Origin: Anaeramoeba ignava BMAN
Taxonomy: Eukaryota > Protista > Anaeramoebae
Length of the DNA stretch: 64,000 nucleotides
Direction: 5' to 3'
NCBI GenBank assembly: GCA_028826165.1
Contig: JAPDFW010000059.1
Coordinates: 1,054,001-1,118,000, forward strand
The translations under genes and the position numbers were made by a program. This document shows positions 1 to 12,856 of this stretch, piece after piece. The notes under the pieces were generated by a model. That model was not told the DNA's origin, did not search any database, and worked only from the letters and a program-made list of their open reading frames with translations. The first letter of the stretch is position 1, and every line of letters starts with the position of its first letter.

Positions 1-510
1 ATAAATAAATAAATATAAATATAAATATAAATATAAATATAAATATAAATATAAATATAAATATAAATATAAATATAAATATAAATATAAATATAAATAT
101 AAATATAAATATAAATATAAAATATAAATAATACCCAAAAAATATAAAATATAAATATAAAAAAATATAAAATATAAATATAAATATAAATATAAAAATA
201 TAAATATAAATATAAATATAAATATAAATATAAATATAAATATAAATTTAAATATAAATATAAATATAAATATAAATATAAATATAAATATAAATATAAA
301 TATAAATATAAATATAAATATAAATATAAATATAAATATAAATATAAATATAAATCCTAAATATAAAAATACAAATATAAAATATAAATATAAAATCTCA
401 ATGTGCACCGTAAAAATATAAATATAAATATAAATATAAAATATAAATATAAATATAAATATAAATCAAAATATAAATATAAATATAAATATAATAAATA
501 AATATAAAAA
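1..510. repeat. (ATATAA)n microsatellite filling the last DRG intron
   Basis: Near-perfect hexamer repeat, followed by an AG acceptor at 511-512. Confidence 0.9.
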
Positions 511-512
511 AG

Positions 513-985
513 GTGTTCATAATGCAGAAATATTAGTGAGAGAAGATATCACAGTTGATCAATTTGTTGATGTTATTGTAGGAAATGCAAAATATATGAA
601 ATGCATGTATCTCTACAACAAAATAGACACAATAACAATGGAAGAAATAGATAGACTAGGAAGATCTGATCCAAATGGACTTGTATGTTCTTGCAAATTT
701 CAACTTAATTTAGATCGCGCAGTTGAAAAAATTTGGAGAACACTTGATTTTATGAGAATTTATACAAAGAAAAAAGGATCACCTCCAGATTTTGTTGATC
801 CTTTTGTTCTTCCTCGTGGAGGTGTTGTTGGTGACTTCTGTAAAGCTATTCATAAAGAACTTTTTAATAGAATGAGACATGCTGTTGTTTGGGGAAGAAG
901 TGTTAAGCATTCTCCTCAAAAAGTAGGAAAAAATCACCCTCTTGCTGATGAAGATGTTGTTCAAATAGTTACCAAAAATATTTAG
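513..985 (+). CDS. DRG2: Developmentally regulated GTP-binding protein (DRG2/Rbg2-like), last exon with TGS domain
   Basis: VHNAEILVREDITVDQFVDVI, YNKID (G4), IYTKKKG, VWGRSVKHSPQKVGKNHPLADEDVVQIV match the DRG family C-terminus. Upstream exons lie outside the window. Confidence 0.9.
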
Positions 986-1074
986 ATTTTCTTCCCTTTT
1001 TCATTCAAAAAGATCTTTAGATTTAAATTTTATTTTTTTCTTTTAAATTCATTCATTTTTTTTTTCGAGAATTA

Positions 1075-2325
1075 AATTAAATTGAATTGGATTGAAAATT
1101 AATTTAATCAAATTGAATTAAAATGAATTGAATATTGAATTAAATTTAAATTGAATTAAATTGAATTAAATTGAATTGAATTAATTTGAATTAAATTGAA
1201 TTAAATTGAATTAAATTGAAATGAATATTGAATTAAATTGAATTGAATATTGAATTGAATATTGAATTAAATTAAATTGAATTAAATTAAAAAATTGAAA
1301 TATAAATATTAATTGAATTGAATTGAATTAAATTGAATTGAATATTGAATTAAATTGAATTAAATTGAATAGGAAAAAAACAATGGAAGAAAATTGAATT
1401 TGAATTCAAAAGATTTTGAATTAAATTGAATTAAATTAAATTGAATTGAATTGAATTGAATTAAATTGAATTAAATTGAAAATTAATTTGAATTAAATTG
1501 AATTGAATTAAATTGAATTAAATTGAATTGGAATAGTGAAAAAAAATTTTCAAATTATAAATTGAATTCAAATTGAAAAAAAATTGAATTGAATTGAATT
1601 GAATTTTAAATAGAAAATTGAATTAAAAATTTTTAAAATTAAATTGAATTTAAAATTGAAATTGAATTTAAATTGAAATTGAATATTTAAATGGAAAAAT
1701 TGAATTTTTGAATTATTTTTGACTTTTGAAAAATTGAAAAAAATTGAAAAAATTGAAAAAAAATATAAAAATCAAAAATTGAATTAAATTGAATTGAATT
1801 GAATTAAATTTGATTAAAATTTGAATTAAATTTTATTTATTTGAATTAAAATTAAATTTAAATTTAAATTCGAATTAAACAATTTTGAATTAAGAATTGA
1901 ATTGAAAAATTAAATTGGAAAATTAATTTTTTGAATTAAAAATTGAATATTAATTGAAATTGAATATTTTAAAATCGAATTTTGTTTCTGAATATTGAAT
2001 TAAAAATTAAAAAATTTTAAATTGAATTAAATTTTGAATTTTTTGAATTTAAAGAAATTTGAATTAAATTGAATTAAAAAAAATTAAAAATTGGAATTAA
2101 ATTAAATTGAATTAAATTGAATTAAATTGAATTTTGAAATTAAATTGAATAAATTGAATTTTGGAATTAAATTAATAAATTGTTTTAAATTAAATTGAAT
2201 TATTTTTAAATTAAATTAAATTGAAATAAATATGAAAAATTGAAATAAATTTGAATTGAATTGAAAATTAATTTGAATTAAATTGAATATTGAATTGAAT
2301 TAAATTGAATTAAATTGAATTGAAT
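1075..2325. repeat. Degenerate (AATTG/AATTA)n pentamer simple repeat
   Basis: Visible repeats of ttgaattaaa in the intergenic region. Confidence 0.8.
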
Positions 2326-2516
2326 CAAAGATTCATTTTTTTATTCTGATCCAAAAAAAAAGGAAAAGAAAAAATTTTGAAAAAAAAAAGTAGAAAAATG
2401 ATCTTTGATTTTGATTTTGATTTTGATTTTGATTTTGATTTTGATTTTGATTTTGATTTGAATTTTAATTTTGATTTAGATTTTGATTTTGATTTGAATT
2501 TTAATTTTGATTTGGA

Positions 2517-2878
2517 TTATTTTTCGTGTTTAAAAATCATTTTTTGAACTTCAACAGTTTTGACTTTTTGAAGTTTTTCAAATAATTCATTTCTTTCTTT
2601 TTCTATTAAATTAAAAAGCAAAAAAAAATTTAATTTAATTGATTTTATTTATTTGAATTTAATTTATTTATTTTATTTATTTGGGGGTATTTTTATTCAA
2701 ATTTACCTTCTCCAACAATTTCAAGAAGAATTAATCCTGAAGGTGAACTGATATTATTGGAAACATCATGAAGTCCGAGTCTAGTTTTAATATTGGCTCC
2801 GTGTTCTGAAAGAATCTTTTGTAAATCACTGACATGTTCTCTAATAATATGAATTCCATAAATTACGTGATCTTCCAT
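2517..2878 (-). CDS. Small ACT-fold protein of the TM1266-like (iron-only hydrogenase system putative regulator) type, 85 aa, 2 exons
   Basis: Exon 1 2878-2707, GT-AG intron 2706-2603, exon 2 2602-2517. Spliced product MEDHVIYGIHII...HGANIKTRLGLHDVSNNISSPSGLILLEIVGEEKERNELFEKLQKVKTVEVQKMIFKHEK resembles bacterial proteins with IKTRLGLH...GLILLE...EVQxMxF motifs (from memory). Confidence 0.7.
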
Positions 2879-3687
2879 TTTAAAATCAATTTAAATTTTT
2901 GTTTTTTTTGGAATTAAAAAGAAAAAAAAAATGATTTAAATTTTTTATTAAAAAAAAAAGCAACAAAAAAAAAATTGGAAATAGATTTAATTTAATATCT
3001 AATTTGGAAATTAATTTGGAATATAATTTAATCTTTAATTTTATTATTAAATTAATAATTTAATGTTTTAGATTTAAATATTTTCTTATTTAAATATTAA
3101 ACATATAAATATAAAAATTGAAAATAGATTTAATTTAATATTTAATTTGGAAATTAATTTGGAATATAATTTAATCTTTAATTTTATTATTAAATTAATA
3201 ATTTAATGTTTTAGATTTAAATATTTTCTTATTTAAATATTAAACATATAAATATAAAAATTGAAAATAGATTTAATTTAATATTTAATTTATAAATTAA
3301 TTTTATTTTATATTTTATTAATATTTCTTTGTTTGAAATAATATTAAATTATTCTCAATAATTAAATAAAATTTAAAAGAAAGTTAAAACATTTTTAATA
3401 AAGATAAAAATGGGTTTTTGAATAGTATTTAATAATAAATTATAATAGATTTATTCATAATTTTATATTTTATAAAATGATTTAAATTTGATTATTATTA
3501 AAATTCAATTTTTATCTTTATTAAAATATTTTCATTTTCTTTTCCAAATTTTTAATAATATTTTTAAATTAAAATTAAATTGATTTAAAATTGGATTGGT
3601 TTCTTATTTATTGATTTAAAGAATTTAATTTGATTGAAAGTAAATGAAAATAAAATTGGATTTTGAAAAAAAATAAGAAAATTGAAA

Positions 3688-6675
3688 TTAAATGAAATAA
3701 GTCTCAAGTTCATCAACAACCCGTTTATCATAAGAACCAGCTAAATACCTAAAAGCTTCATTTGTTTTATATTTAATTCCATTAGGTAGATTGTAACTAT
3801 GACCAAAATTTGAGTATCTAGGTTGTAAATTAGAATTTAACTCAATATCAGCTATAAATATTTTAATAAAGATAAATATTTCATTTAATTAATATTAATA
3901 AAAAATATTTAATAAATAATTATTTACCATCTATTTTAATAAAGATAAATATTTAATTTTAATAATAATGATTTAATTTGAAATTTATTTCATTTTAAAT
4001 TGAAATAATATTATTATTTATTATAGTAATATTTTGGATTATTTATTAATTTAATTTTAATTATATTAATAAAATATTTACGATCTATTTTAATAAAGAT
4101 AAATATTTAATTTAAATTGAAATAATGATAATATTATTTATTATATTAATTATTTACAAACTATTTTAATAAAAGATAAATAAATAATTATTAATAATAA
4201 TATTAGCTATAACAAAGATTATTTACAATCTATTTTAATAAAGATAAATAATTAATTTTAATAATATTATTAATTATAATAATAAATATTTACCATCTAT
4301 TTTAATAAAGATAAATAATTAATTTTGATAATAATTATTATAATAAATATTTACCATCTATTTTAATAAAGATAAATAATTATCATTAATAATAATAATT
4401 ATTATTATTATAAATATTTACCATCTATTTTAATAAAAAGATAGATAATTAATTATTAATAATAATTATTATAATAAATATTTACCAACTATTTTAATAA
4501 AGATAAATAATTATCATTAATAATAATATTGATTATATTAATATTTTTGGATTATTAATTTAATTTTAATTATAATAAAAATATTTACAATCTATTTTAA
4601 TAAAGATAATCAATTAATTTTAATAATAATTTAATTTGAAATTTATTTTATTTTAAATTGAAATAATAATTTTAGTTATAGTAATTGTTATTTACTTGCT
4701 ATATTAATAGATAAATAATTAATTTTTAATAATAATTATAATAATAAATATTTACCCCCTATTTTAATAAAGATAAATAATTAATTTTGATAATAATAAT
4801 AATTATTTATTATATTAATATTTTGGATTATTTATTAATTTAATTTTAATTATAATAATTGTTATTTACAAGCTATTTTAAGAAAGATAATTAAATTTGA
4901 TAATAATTATTATTTATTAATTTAATTTAAAATTTAATTTATTTTAAATTGAAATAATATTATTATTTATTATATTAATATTTTTGGATTATTTATTAAT
5001 TTAATTTTAATTATATTAATAAAATATTTACGATCTATTTTAATAAAGATAAATATTTAATTTTAATAATAATATTTTGGATTATTTATTAAATAAAAAT
5101 TATTTACCATCTATTTTAATAAAGATAAATAATTAATTTTAATAATTTATTTATTAATTTAATTTTAGTTATAATAATAATTATTATTATTTACCATCTA
5201 TTTTAACAAAAATAATTGATGTGAGTTTGAATGATAATTATTAATAATTATAATACAAATTATTTACAATCTATTTTAATAATAATAAAGATAAATAAAT
5301 AATAATAATAATTTATTAAATAATAATATATATTATATTTACATCCAAAACTCGGTCCAAGATTTGATTTATAATAAATTGCATATTTTTCTTGACCTTG
5401 TTTAATTGCAAACTTCTCTGACTTTCTATCTCCTTTATCATTTCTTAATGAAAAAATAAATGAATTTGTATCTTTAATAAATCCATAATTTCCTTTATCT
5501 TCACTCCATTTTGATTTATTATTTGTAAATCCAACTTGAGTAAATCCTCCAAAAATAAAATTATCTTTGGTTTTGATAATAATTAATGTTTTTCCTTTGT
5601 TATCACAAATTGAATGCCATTTTTGAGAAGAAAATCCATCTCTTTTTGCTGAATATCCTTTTTTCATTTTGTAAAAGAATTTATTATCATTTATCCATTC
5701 TTGTAATTTATTAATATGCTCTTCTTCTTTTTGAATAATTTCTGAATCGAATTTAAATCTTGTTTGGAAATTTAATGAATTTTGATTTTGATTTTCTTTT
5801 TGGATAAATTGAGTTAATTCTTTTTCATTTTCTTCAAGTTTTTGGAATTGAATTAATTTTTGTGAAATTTGTTTTGGAATTAAATCTTCTTCTATAGTTT
5901 CTGTAAGTTCTTTGGATGTAAAATCAATAAATCTGATTTTATCAATAATATTTGAAATTTGATTTTGTAATTTTTCTTTTTCTTCTTTTTCAAGTTTTTG
6001 ATTTTCTTTTTCTTGATTAATATTTGATTTATGTTTTCCCCATTTTATTATTGATTGGAAATTTTCAAATCCATTTAAGAGAATTTTATCATTTGATAAT
6101 ATTGAATTTAAATGATTTTCTTCAAGTTCAAGAAAAAATGGAGTTTTGATAAATTTTGTAAAATGTTCTAAAATAAATTGATAAGAAGAATCCAATAAAT
6201 GATTTAAGTTCATTGATTCAGATAATTTAAGAACATCAACAATAGTTTCAATTTGTAAATTCTTTTTGATAAAATTTGAACAAATTTCAATTAATTCATC
6301 AATTAAATATTTTGATGAAAAAATTAAAATTTGAATTGCATTTTCTAAATTAATTTCAATCTTTCCTGAATAAAGATAATTCAAAATTGAAGATAGAATT
6401 GAACTTGAAACATCTTTTAGAATTAATTTATTTTCTTGATATTCTTTCATTTTGGATTTAAAAAGAGATTTAAAATATTCACTTCTTGAAGAAAGAATTG
6501 ATTTATGAGTTTTAAATGAAGTTTGGTTTTGTTCACAAATTATTTCAAAATCAAAATAACTTTCTTCTTCTTCTTCTTCTTCTTTTTTTGATTTTTGGTT
6601 TTGATTTTGATTTTGATTTTGAAATAAATTTTTTAAATCATTTGAAAGTTTTTCTAAATTTGAATAAGTTTCCAT
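3688..6675 (-). CDS. BTB-BACK-TLDc domain protein, copy 1
   Basis: Exon 6675-5343 has BTB (FKTHKSILSSRSEYF) and TLDc (RDGFSSQKWHSICDNKGKTL, FGGFT, GPSFG). Last exon 3851-3688 is (S)DIELNSNL...YLAGSYDKRVVDELETYFI*. The intervening region holds 16 candidate 3-nt microexons. Confidence 0.9.
3852..5342 (-). other. Array of 16 candidate 3-nt microexons (copy 1)
   Basis: Repeated minus-strand TTTATTAAAATAG-NNN-GTAAAT; triplets start (plus coordinates) at 5268, 5195, 5108, 5032, 4870, 4756, 4696, 4589, 4486, 4422, 4355, 4294, 4227, 4158, 4082, 3928. Confidence 0.8.
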
Positions 6676-7304
6676 TTTTAAAATAAAATGAAAAATGAAA
6701 AATGAAAAAAAAAAAAAATTTTTTGCTTTTTTTAAAATTAAATAAATCAATAATAATTTAATTTGAAATTAATTTTATTTTATATATTTTATTAATATTT
6801 CTTTGTTTAAAATAATATTAAATTATTCTCAATAATTAAATAAAATTAATAAAATATTTTAATTAATTTATTTCAAAAATTAAATCAATAATAATAAACA
6901 CTCCAATTTATAAATTAATTTTATTTTATATTTTATTAATATTTCTTTGTTTGAAATAATATTAAATTATTCTCAATAATTAAATAAAATTGAAAAGAGA
7001 GTTAAAACATTTTTAATAAAGATAAAAATGGGTTTTGAATAGTATTTAATAATAAATTATAATAGATTTATTCATAATTTTATATTTTATAAAATGATTT
7101 AAATTTGATTATTATTAAAATTCAATTTTTATCTTTATTAAAATATTTTCATTTTCTTTTCCAAATTTTTAATAATATTTTTAAATTAAAATTAAATTGG
7201 TTTAAAATTGGATTGGTTTCTTATTTATTGATTTAAAGAATTTAATTTGATTGAAAGTAAATGAAAATAAAATTGGATTTTGAAAAAAAATAAGAAAATT
7301 GAAA

Positions 7305-10300
7305 TTAAATGAAATAAGTCTCAAGTTCATCAACAACCCATTTATTATAAGAACCAGCTAAATAATTACGAGCTCCATCTGTTCCGTATTTAATTCCATT
7401 AGGTAGATTATAACTATGACCAAAATTTGAGTAACCAGATTTTAAATCAGAATCTAACTGAATATCAGCTATAAATATTTTAATAAAGATAAATAATTAA
7501 TTTTAATTTTAATTTTAATTTTAATATTAATTTTGATAAATATTTACGATCTATTTTAATAAAATTAATTTTAATAATAATGATATTATTTAGAATTTAT
7601 TTTATTTTAAATTGAAATAATAATATTATTTACAATCTATTTTAATATTTAATTTTGATAATAAATTAATTTAAAATTTATTTTATTTTAAATTGAAATG
7701 ATAATATTATTTATTATATTAATATTTTGGATTATTTATTAATTTAATTTTAATTATAATAAAAATATTTACTATCTATTTTAATAAAGATAAATAATTA
7801 ATTTTAATAATAATTAATTTAGAATTTATTTTATTTTTAAATTGAAATAATAATATTATTTATTATATTAATATTTTGGATTATTTATTAAATTTAATTT
7901 TTAGTTATAATAAATATTTATTTACCAACTTTAATAAAGATAATTAATTAATTTTAATAATAATTTAATTTAAAAATTTAAATAAAAATCATTTACCAAC
8001 TATTTTAATAAAATTAATTTTAATAATAATAATAATAATATTTAGAATTTATTTTATTTTAAATTGAAATAATAATATTTTTACAATCTATTTTAATAAA
8101 ATTAATTTTAATAATAATAATGATATTATTTAGAATTTATTTTATTTTAAATTGAAATAATAATATTATTTACAATCTATTTTAATATTTAATTTTGATA
8201 ATAAATTAATTTAAAATTTATTTTATTTTTAAATTGAAATGATAATATTATTTATTATATTAATATTATGGATTATTTATTAATTTAATTTTTAATTATA
8301 ATAAAATATTTACCATCTATTTTAATAAAGATAAATAATTAATTTTAATAATAATTAATTTAGAATTTATTTTATTTTAAATTGAAATAATAATATTATT
8401 TATTATATTAATATTTTGGATTATTTATTAAATTTAATTTTAGTTATAATAAATATTTATTTACCAACTTTAATAAAGATAATTAATCAATTTGAATAAT
8501 AATTTAATTTAAATTTAATTTTTATTTAATTTTTAAATTAAAAAATGATGATATTATTTATTACAATGTAACTTTCATTAGAATAAATATTATTTACCAT
8601 CTATTTTAATAAAGATAAATAATTAATTTTAATATTATTATTTATTATATTAATATTTTTGGATTATTTATTAATTTAAAATTATTTACTATCTATTTTA
8701 ATAAAGATAAATATTTATTATATTAATATTTTTGGATTATTTATTAATTATAATTATGATTTACAAGCTATTTTAATAAAGATAAATATTTAATCACAAT
8801 AATAATTAATAATAATTTAATTTAAAATTTAATTTTATTTTTAAATTTAAATAATAATATTATTGATTATATTAATATTTTTGGATTATTTATTAATTTA
8901 ATTTTAATTATAATAATAAAAATTATTTACAAGCTATTTTAATAAAGATAAATAATTAATTTTAATAATATTATTTTATTATATTAATATTTTTGGATTA
9001 GTTGTTAATTTAATTATAATTAATAATAAAATATTATTTACAATCTATTTTAATAAATATAAATAATAATAATTTTAATATTATTATTTATTATATTAAT
9101 ATTTTTGGATTATTTATTAATTTAATTTTAATTATAATAATAAAATTATTTACCAACTATTTTAATAAAGATAAATAATTTATTATATTAATATTTTGGA
9201 TTATTTATTAATTATAATTATGATTTACAAGCTATTTTAATAAAGATAAATATTTAATCACAATAATAATTAATAATAATTTAATTTTAAAATTTAATTT
9301 TATTTTAAATTTAAATAATAATATTATTGATTATATTAATATTTTTGGGTTATTTATTAATTTAATTTTAGTTATAATAATAAAAATTATTTACAAACTA
9401 TTTTAATAAAGATAAATAATTAATTTTAATATTATTATTTATTATATTAATATTTTGGATTATTTATTAATTTAATTATAATTAATAATAAAATATTATT
9501 TACAATCTATTTTAATAAATATAAATAATTAATTTTTAATATTATTATTGATTATATTAATATTTTTGGATTATTTATTAATTTAATTTTAGTTATAATA
9601 ATAAAATATTTACGATCTGTTTTAATAAAGATAATTAATAATAATAATATTTATTATATTAATATTTTGGATTATTTATTAAATAATTATTTACCATCTA
9701 TTTTAATAAAGATAAATAATTAATTTTATTAATTTATTTATTAATTCAATTTTAGTTATAATAATAAATATTTACCCCCTATTTTAACAAAGATAAATAA
9801 TTAATTTTAATAATATTAATAAAAATATTTATTAAATAATTATTTACAATCTATTTTAATAAAGATAAATAATTAATTTTGATAATAATTAATAATAATT
9901 TAAATTTTATTTTATTTTAAATTGAAATAATAATATTATTTAATTTAATTTTAATTATAATAATTGTTATTTACAAGCTATTTTAACAAAGATAAATAAT
10001 TAATTTTAATATTATTATTGATTATATTAATATTTTTGGATTGTTTATTAATTTAATTTTAGTTATAATAATTATAATAATAATAATAAATATTTACGAT
10101 CTATTTTAATAAAGATAATTAATAATAATAATATTTTGGCTTATTTATTAAATAAAAATTATTTACTTGCTATATTAATAAAGATAATTAATTTTGATAA
10201 TAATATTATTATTTATTATATTAATATTTTGGATTATTTATTTAATAATATTTAAAAATTATCTATTTTAACAAAGATAAATAATTAATTTTAATATTAT

Positions 10301-12067
10301 TATTTATTATATTAATATTTTTGGATTATTTATTAATTTAATTTTAGTTATAATAATAAATTATTTACAAGCTATTTTTTAATAAATATTATTAATTATA
10401 TTAATATTTTTGGATTATTTATTAATTTAATTTTAATTATATTAATAAAATATTTTACGATCTATTTTAATAAAGATAAATATTTAATTTTAATAATAAT
10501 ATTTTTGGATTATTTATTAAATAAAAATTATTTACTATCTATTTTAATAAAGATAAATAATTAATTTTAATAATTTATTTATTAATTTAATTATTATTTA
10601 CCATCTATTTTAACAAAAATAATTGATGTGAGTTTGAATGATAATTATTAATAATTATAATACAAATTATTTACAATCTATTTTAATAATAATATTGATA
10701 ATAAATAATAATAATTTATTAAATAATAATATATATTATATTTACATCCAAAACTCGGTCCAAGATTTGATTTATAATAAATTGCATATTTTTCTTGACC
10801 TTGTTTAATTGTAAACTTCTCTGACTTTCTATCTCCTTTATCATTTCTTAATGAAAAAATAAATGAATTTGTATCTTTAATAAATCCATAGTCTTCTTCA
10901 TCTTCACTCCATTTTGATTTATCATTTGTAAATCCAACTGAAGTAAATCCTCCAAAAATAAAATTATCTTTGGTTTTGATAATAATTAATGTTTTTCCTT
11001 TGTTATCACAAATTGAATGCCATTTTTGAGAAGAAAATCCATCTCTTTTTGCTGAATATCCTTTTTTCATTTTGTAAAAGAATTTATTATCATTTATCCA
11101 TTCTTGTAATTTATTAATATGCTCTTCTTCTTTTTGAATAATTTCTGAATCGAATTTAAATCTTATTTGGAAATTTAATGAATTTTGATTTTTGATTTTC
11201 TTTTTGGATAAATTGAGTTAATTCTTTTTCATTTTCTTCAAGTTTTTGGAATTGAATTAATTTTTGTGAAATTTGTTTTGGAATTAAATCTTCTTTCAAA
11301 GTATCTGTAAGTTCTTGTTTTGAGAAATCAATAAATCTGATTTTATCAATAAAATTTGAAATTTGATTTTGTAATTTTTCTTTTTCTTCTTTTTCAAGTT
11401 TTTGATTTTCTTTTTCTTGATTAATATTTGATTTATGTTTTCCCCATTTTATTATTGATTGGAAATTTTCAAATCCATTTAAGAGAATTTTATCATTTGA
11501 TAATATTGAATTTAAATGATTTTCTTCAAGTTCAAGAAAAAATGGAGTTTTGATAAATTTTGTAAAATGTTCTAAAATAAATTGATAAGAAGAATCCAAT
11601 AAATGGTTTAAGTTCATTGATTCAGATAATTTAAGAATATCAACAATAGTTTCAATTTGAAAATTCTTTTTAATAAAATTTAAACAAATTTCAATTAATT
11701 CATCAATTAAATATTTTGATGAAAAAATTAAAATTTGAATTGCATTTTCTAAATTAATTTCAATTTTTCCTGAATAAAGATAATTCAAAATTGAAGATAG
11801 AATTGAACTTGAAACATCTTTTAAAATTAATTTATTTTCTTGATATTCTTTCATTTTGGATTTAAAAAGAGATTTAAAATATTCACTTCTTGAAGAAAGA
11901 ATTGATTTATGAGTTTTAAATGAAGTTTGGTTTTGTTCACAAATTATTTCAAAATCAAAATAACTTTCTTCTTCTTCTTCTTCTTTTTTGTTTTGGTTTT
12001 GATTTTGATTTTGAAATAAATTTTTTAAATCATTTGAAAGTTTTTCTAAATTTGAATAAGTTTCCAT
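7305..12067 (-). CDS. BTB-BACK-TLDc domain protein, copy 2 (apparent 1-nt frameshift near 11190)
   Basis: Exon 12067-10746 is split into two ORFs by an extra base in a T-run. Last exon 7468-7305. Very similar to copy 1. Confidence 0.85.
7469..10745 (-). other. Array of 30 candidate 3-nt microexons (copy 2)
   Basis: Same AG-NNN-GT cassette, from 10675 down to 7548. One degenerate unit lacking a donor near 10261. Confidence 0.8.
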
Positions 12068-12856
12068 TTTTGAAATGAAAAATGAAAAATGAAAAATGAA
12101 AAATGAAAAAAAATTTATTTTTTGCTTTTTTTAAAATTAAATAAATCAATAATAATAAACACTCCAATTTGAAATTAATTCTATTTTATATATTTTATTA
12201 ATATTTCTTTGTTTAAAATAATATAAAATTATTCTCAATAATTAAATAAAATTAATAAAATATTTTAATTAATTTATTTCAAAAATTAAATCAATAATAA
12301 TAAAAACTCCAGTTTGAAATTAATTTTATTTTATATTTTATTAATATTTCTTTGTTTAAATTAATATAAAATTATTCTCAATAATTTAAATAAAATTAAT
12401 AAAATATTTTAATTAATTTATTTCAAAAATTAAATCAATAATAATAAACACTCCAATTTAAAAATTAATTTTATTTTATATTTTATTAATATTTCTTTTT
12501 GTTTGAAATAATATTAAATTATTCTCAATAATTAAATAAAATTGAAAAGAAAGTTAAAACATTTTTAATAAAGATAAAAATGGGTTTTGAATAGTATTTA
12601 ATAATAAGTTATAATAGATTTATTCATAATTTTATATTTTATAAAATGATTTAAATTTGATTATTATTAAAATTCAATTTTTATCTTTATTAAAATATTT
12701 TCATTTTCTTTTCCAAAATTTTAATAATATTTTTAAATTAAAATTAAATTGGTTTAAAATTGGATTGGTTTCTTATTTATTGATTTAAAGAATTTAATTT
12801 GATTGAAAGTAAATGAAAATAAAATTGAATTTTGAAAAAAAATAAGAAATTTGAAA

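Noticed and set aside
5260-5342. ORF-track C-terminal tail CKYNIYYYLINYYY... of the BTB-TLDc ORFs as a TM segment
   Set aside because: It is read-through of the intron after the GT donor; the true TLDc end is in the downstream exon.
8560-8575. Possible extra microexon at ttacaatgtaact
   Set aside because: Spacing is 7 nt and it lacks the cassette consensus; excluded from the counts.
11150-11200. Programmed frameshifting at frame breaks (also ~20490, ~57730, ~61470)
   Set aside because: The breaks I could locate lie in homopolymer or low-complexity tracts typical of long-read indel errors; cannot be distinguished from pseudogenisation without reads.
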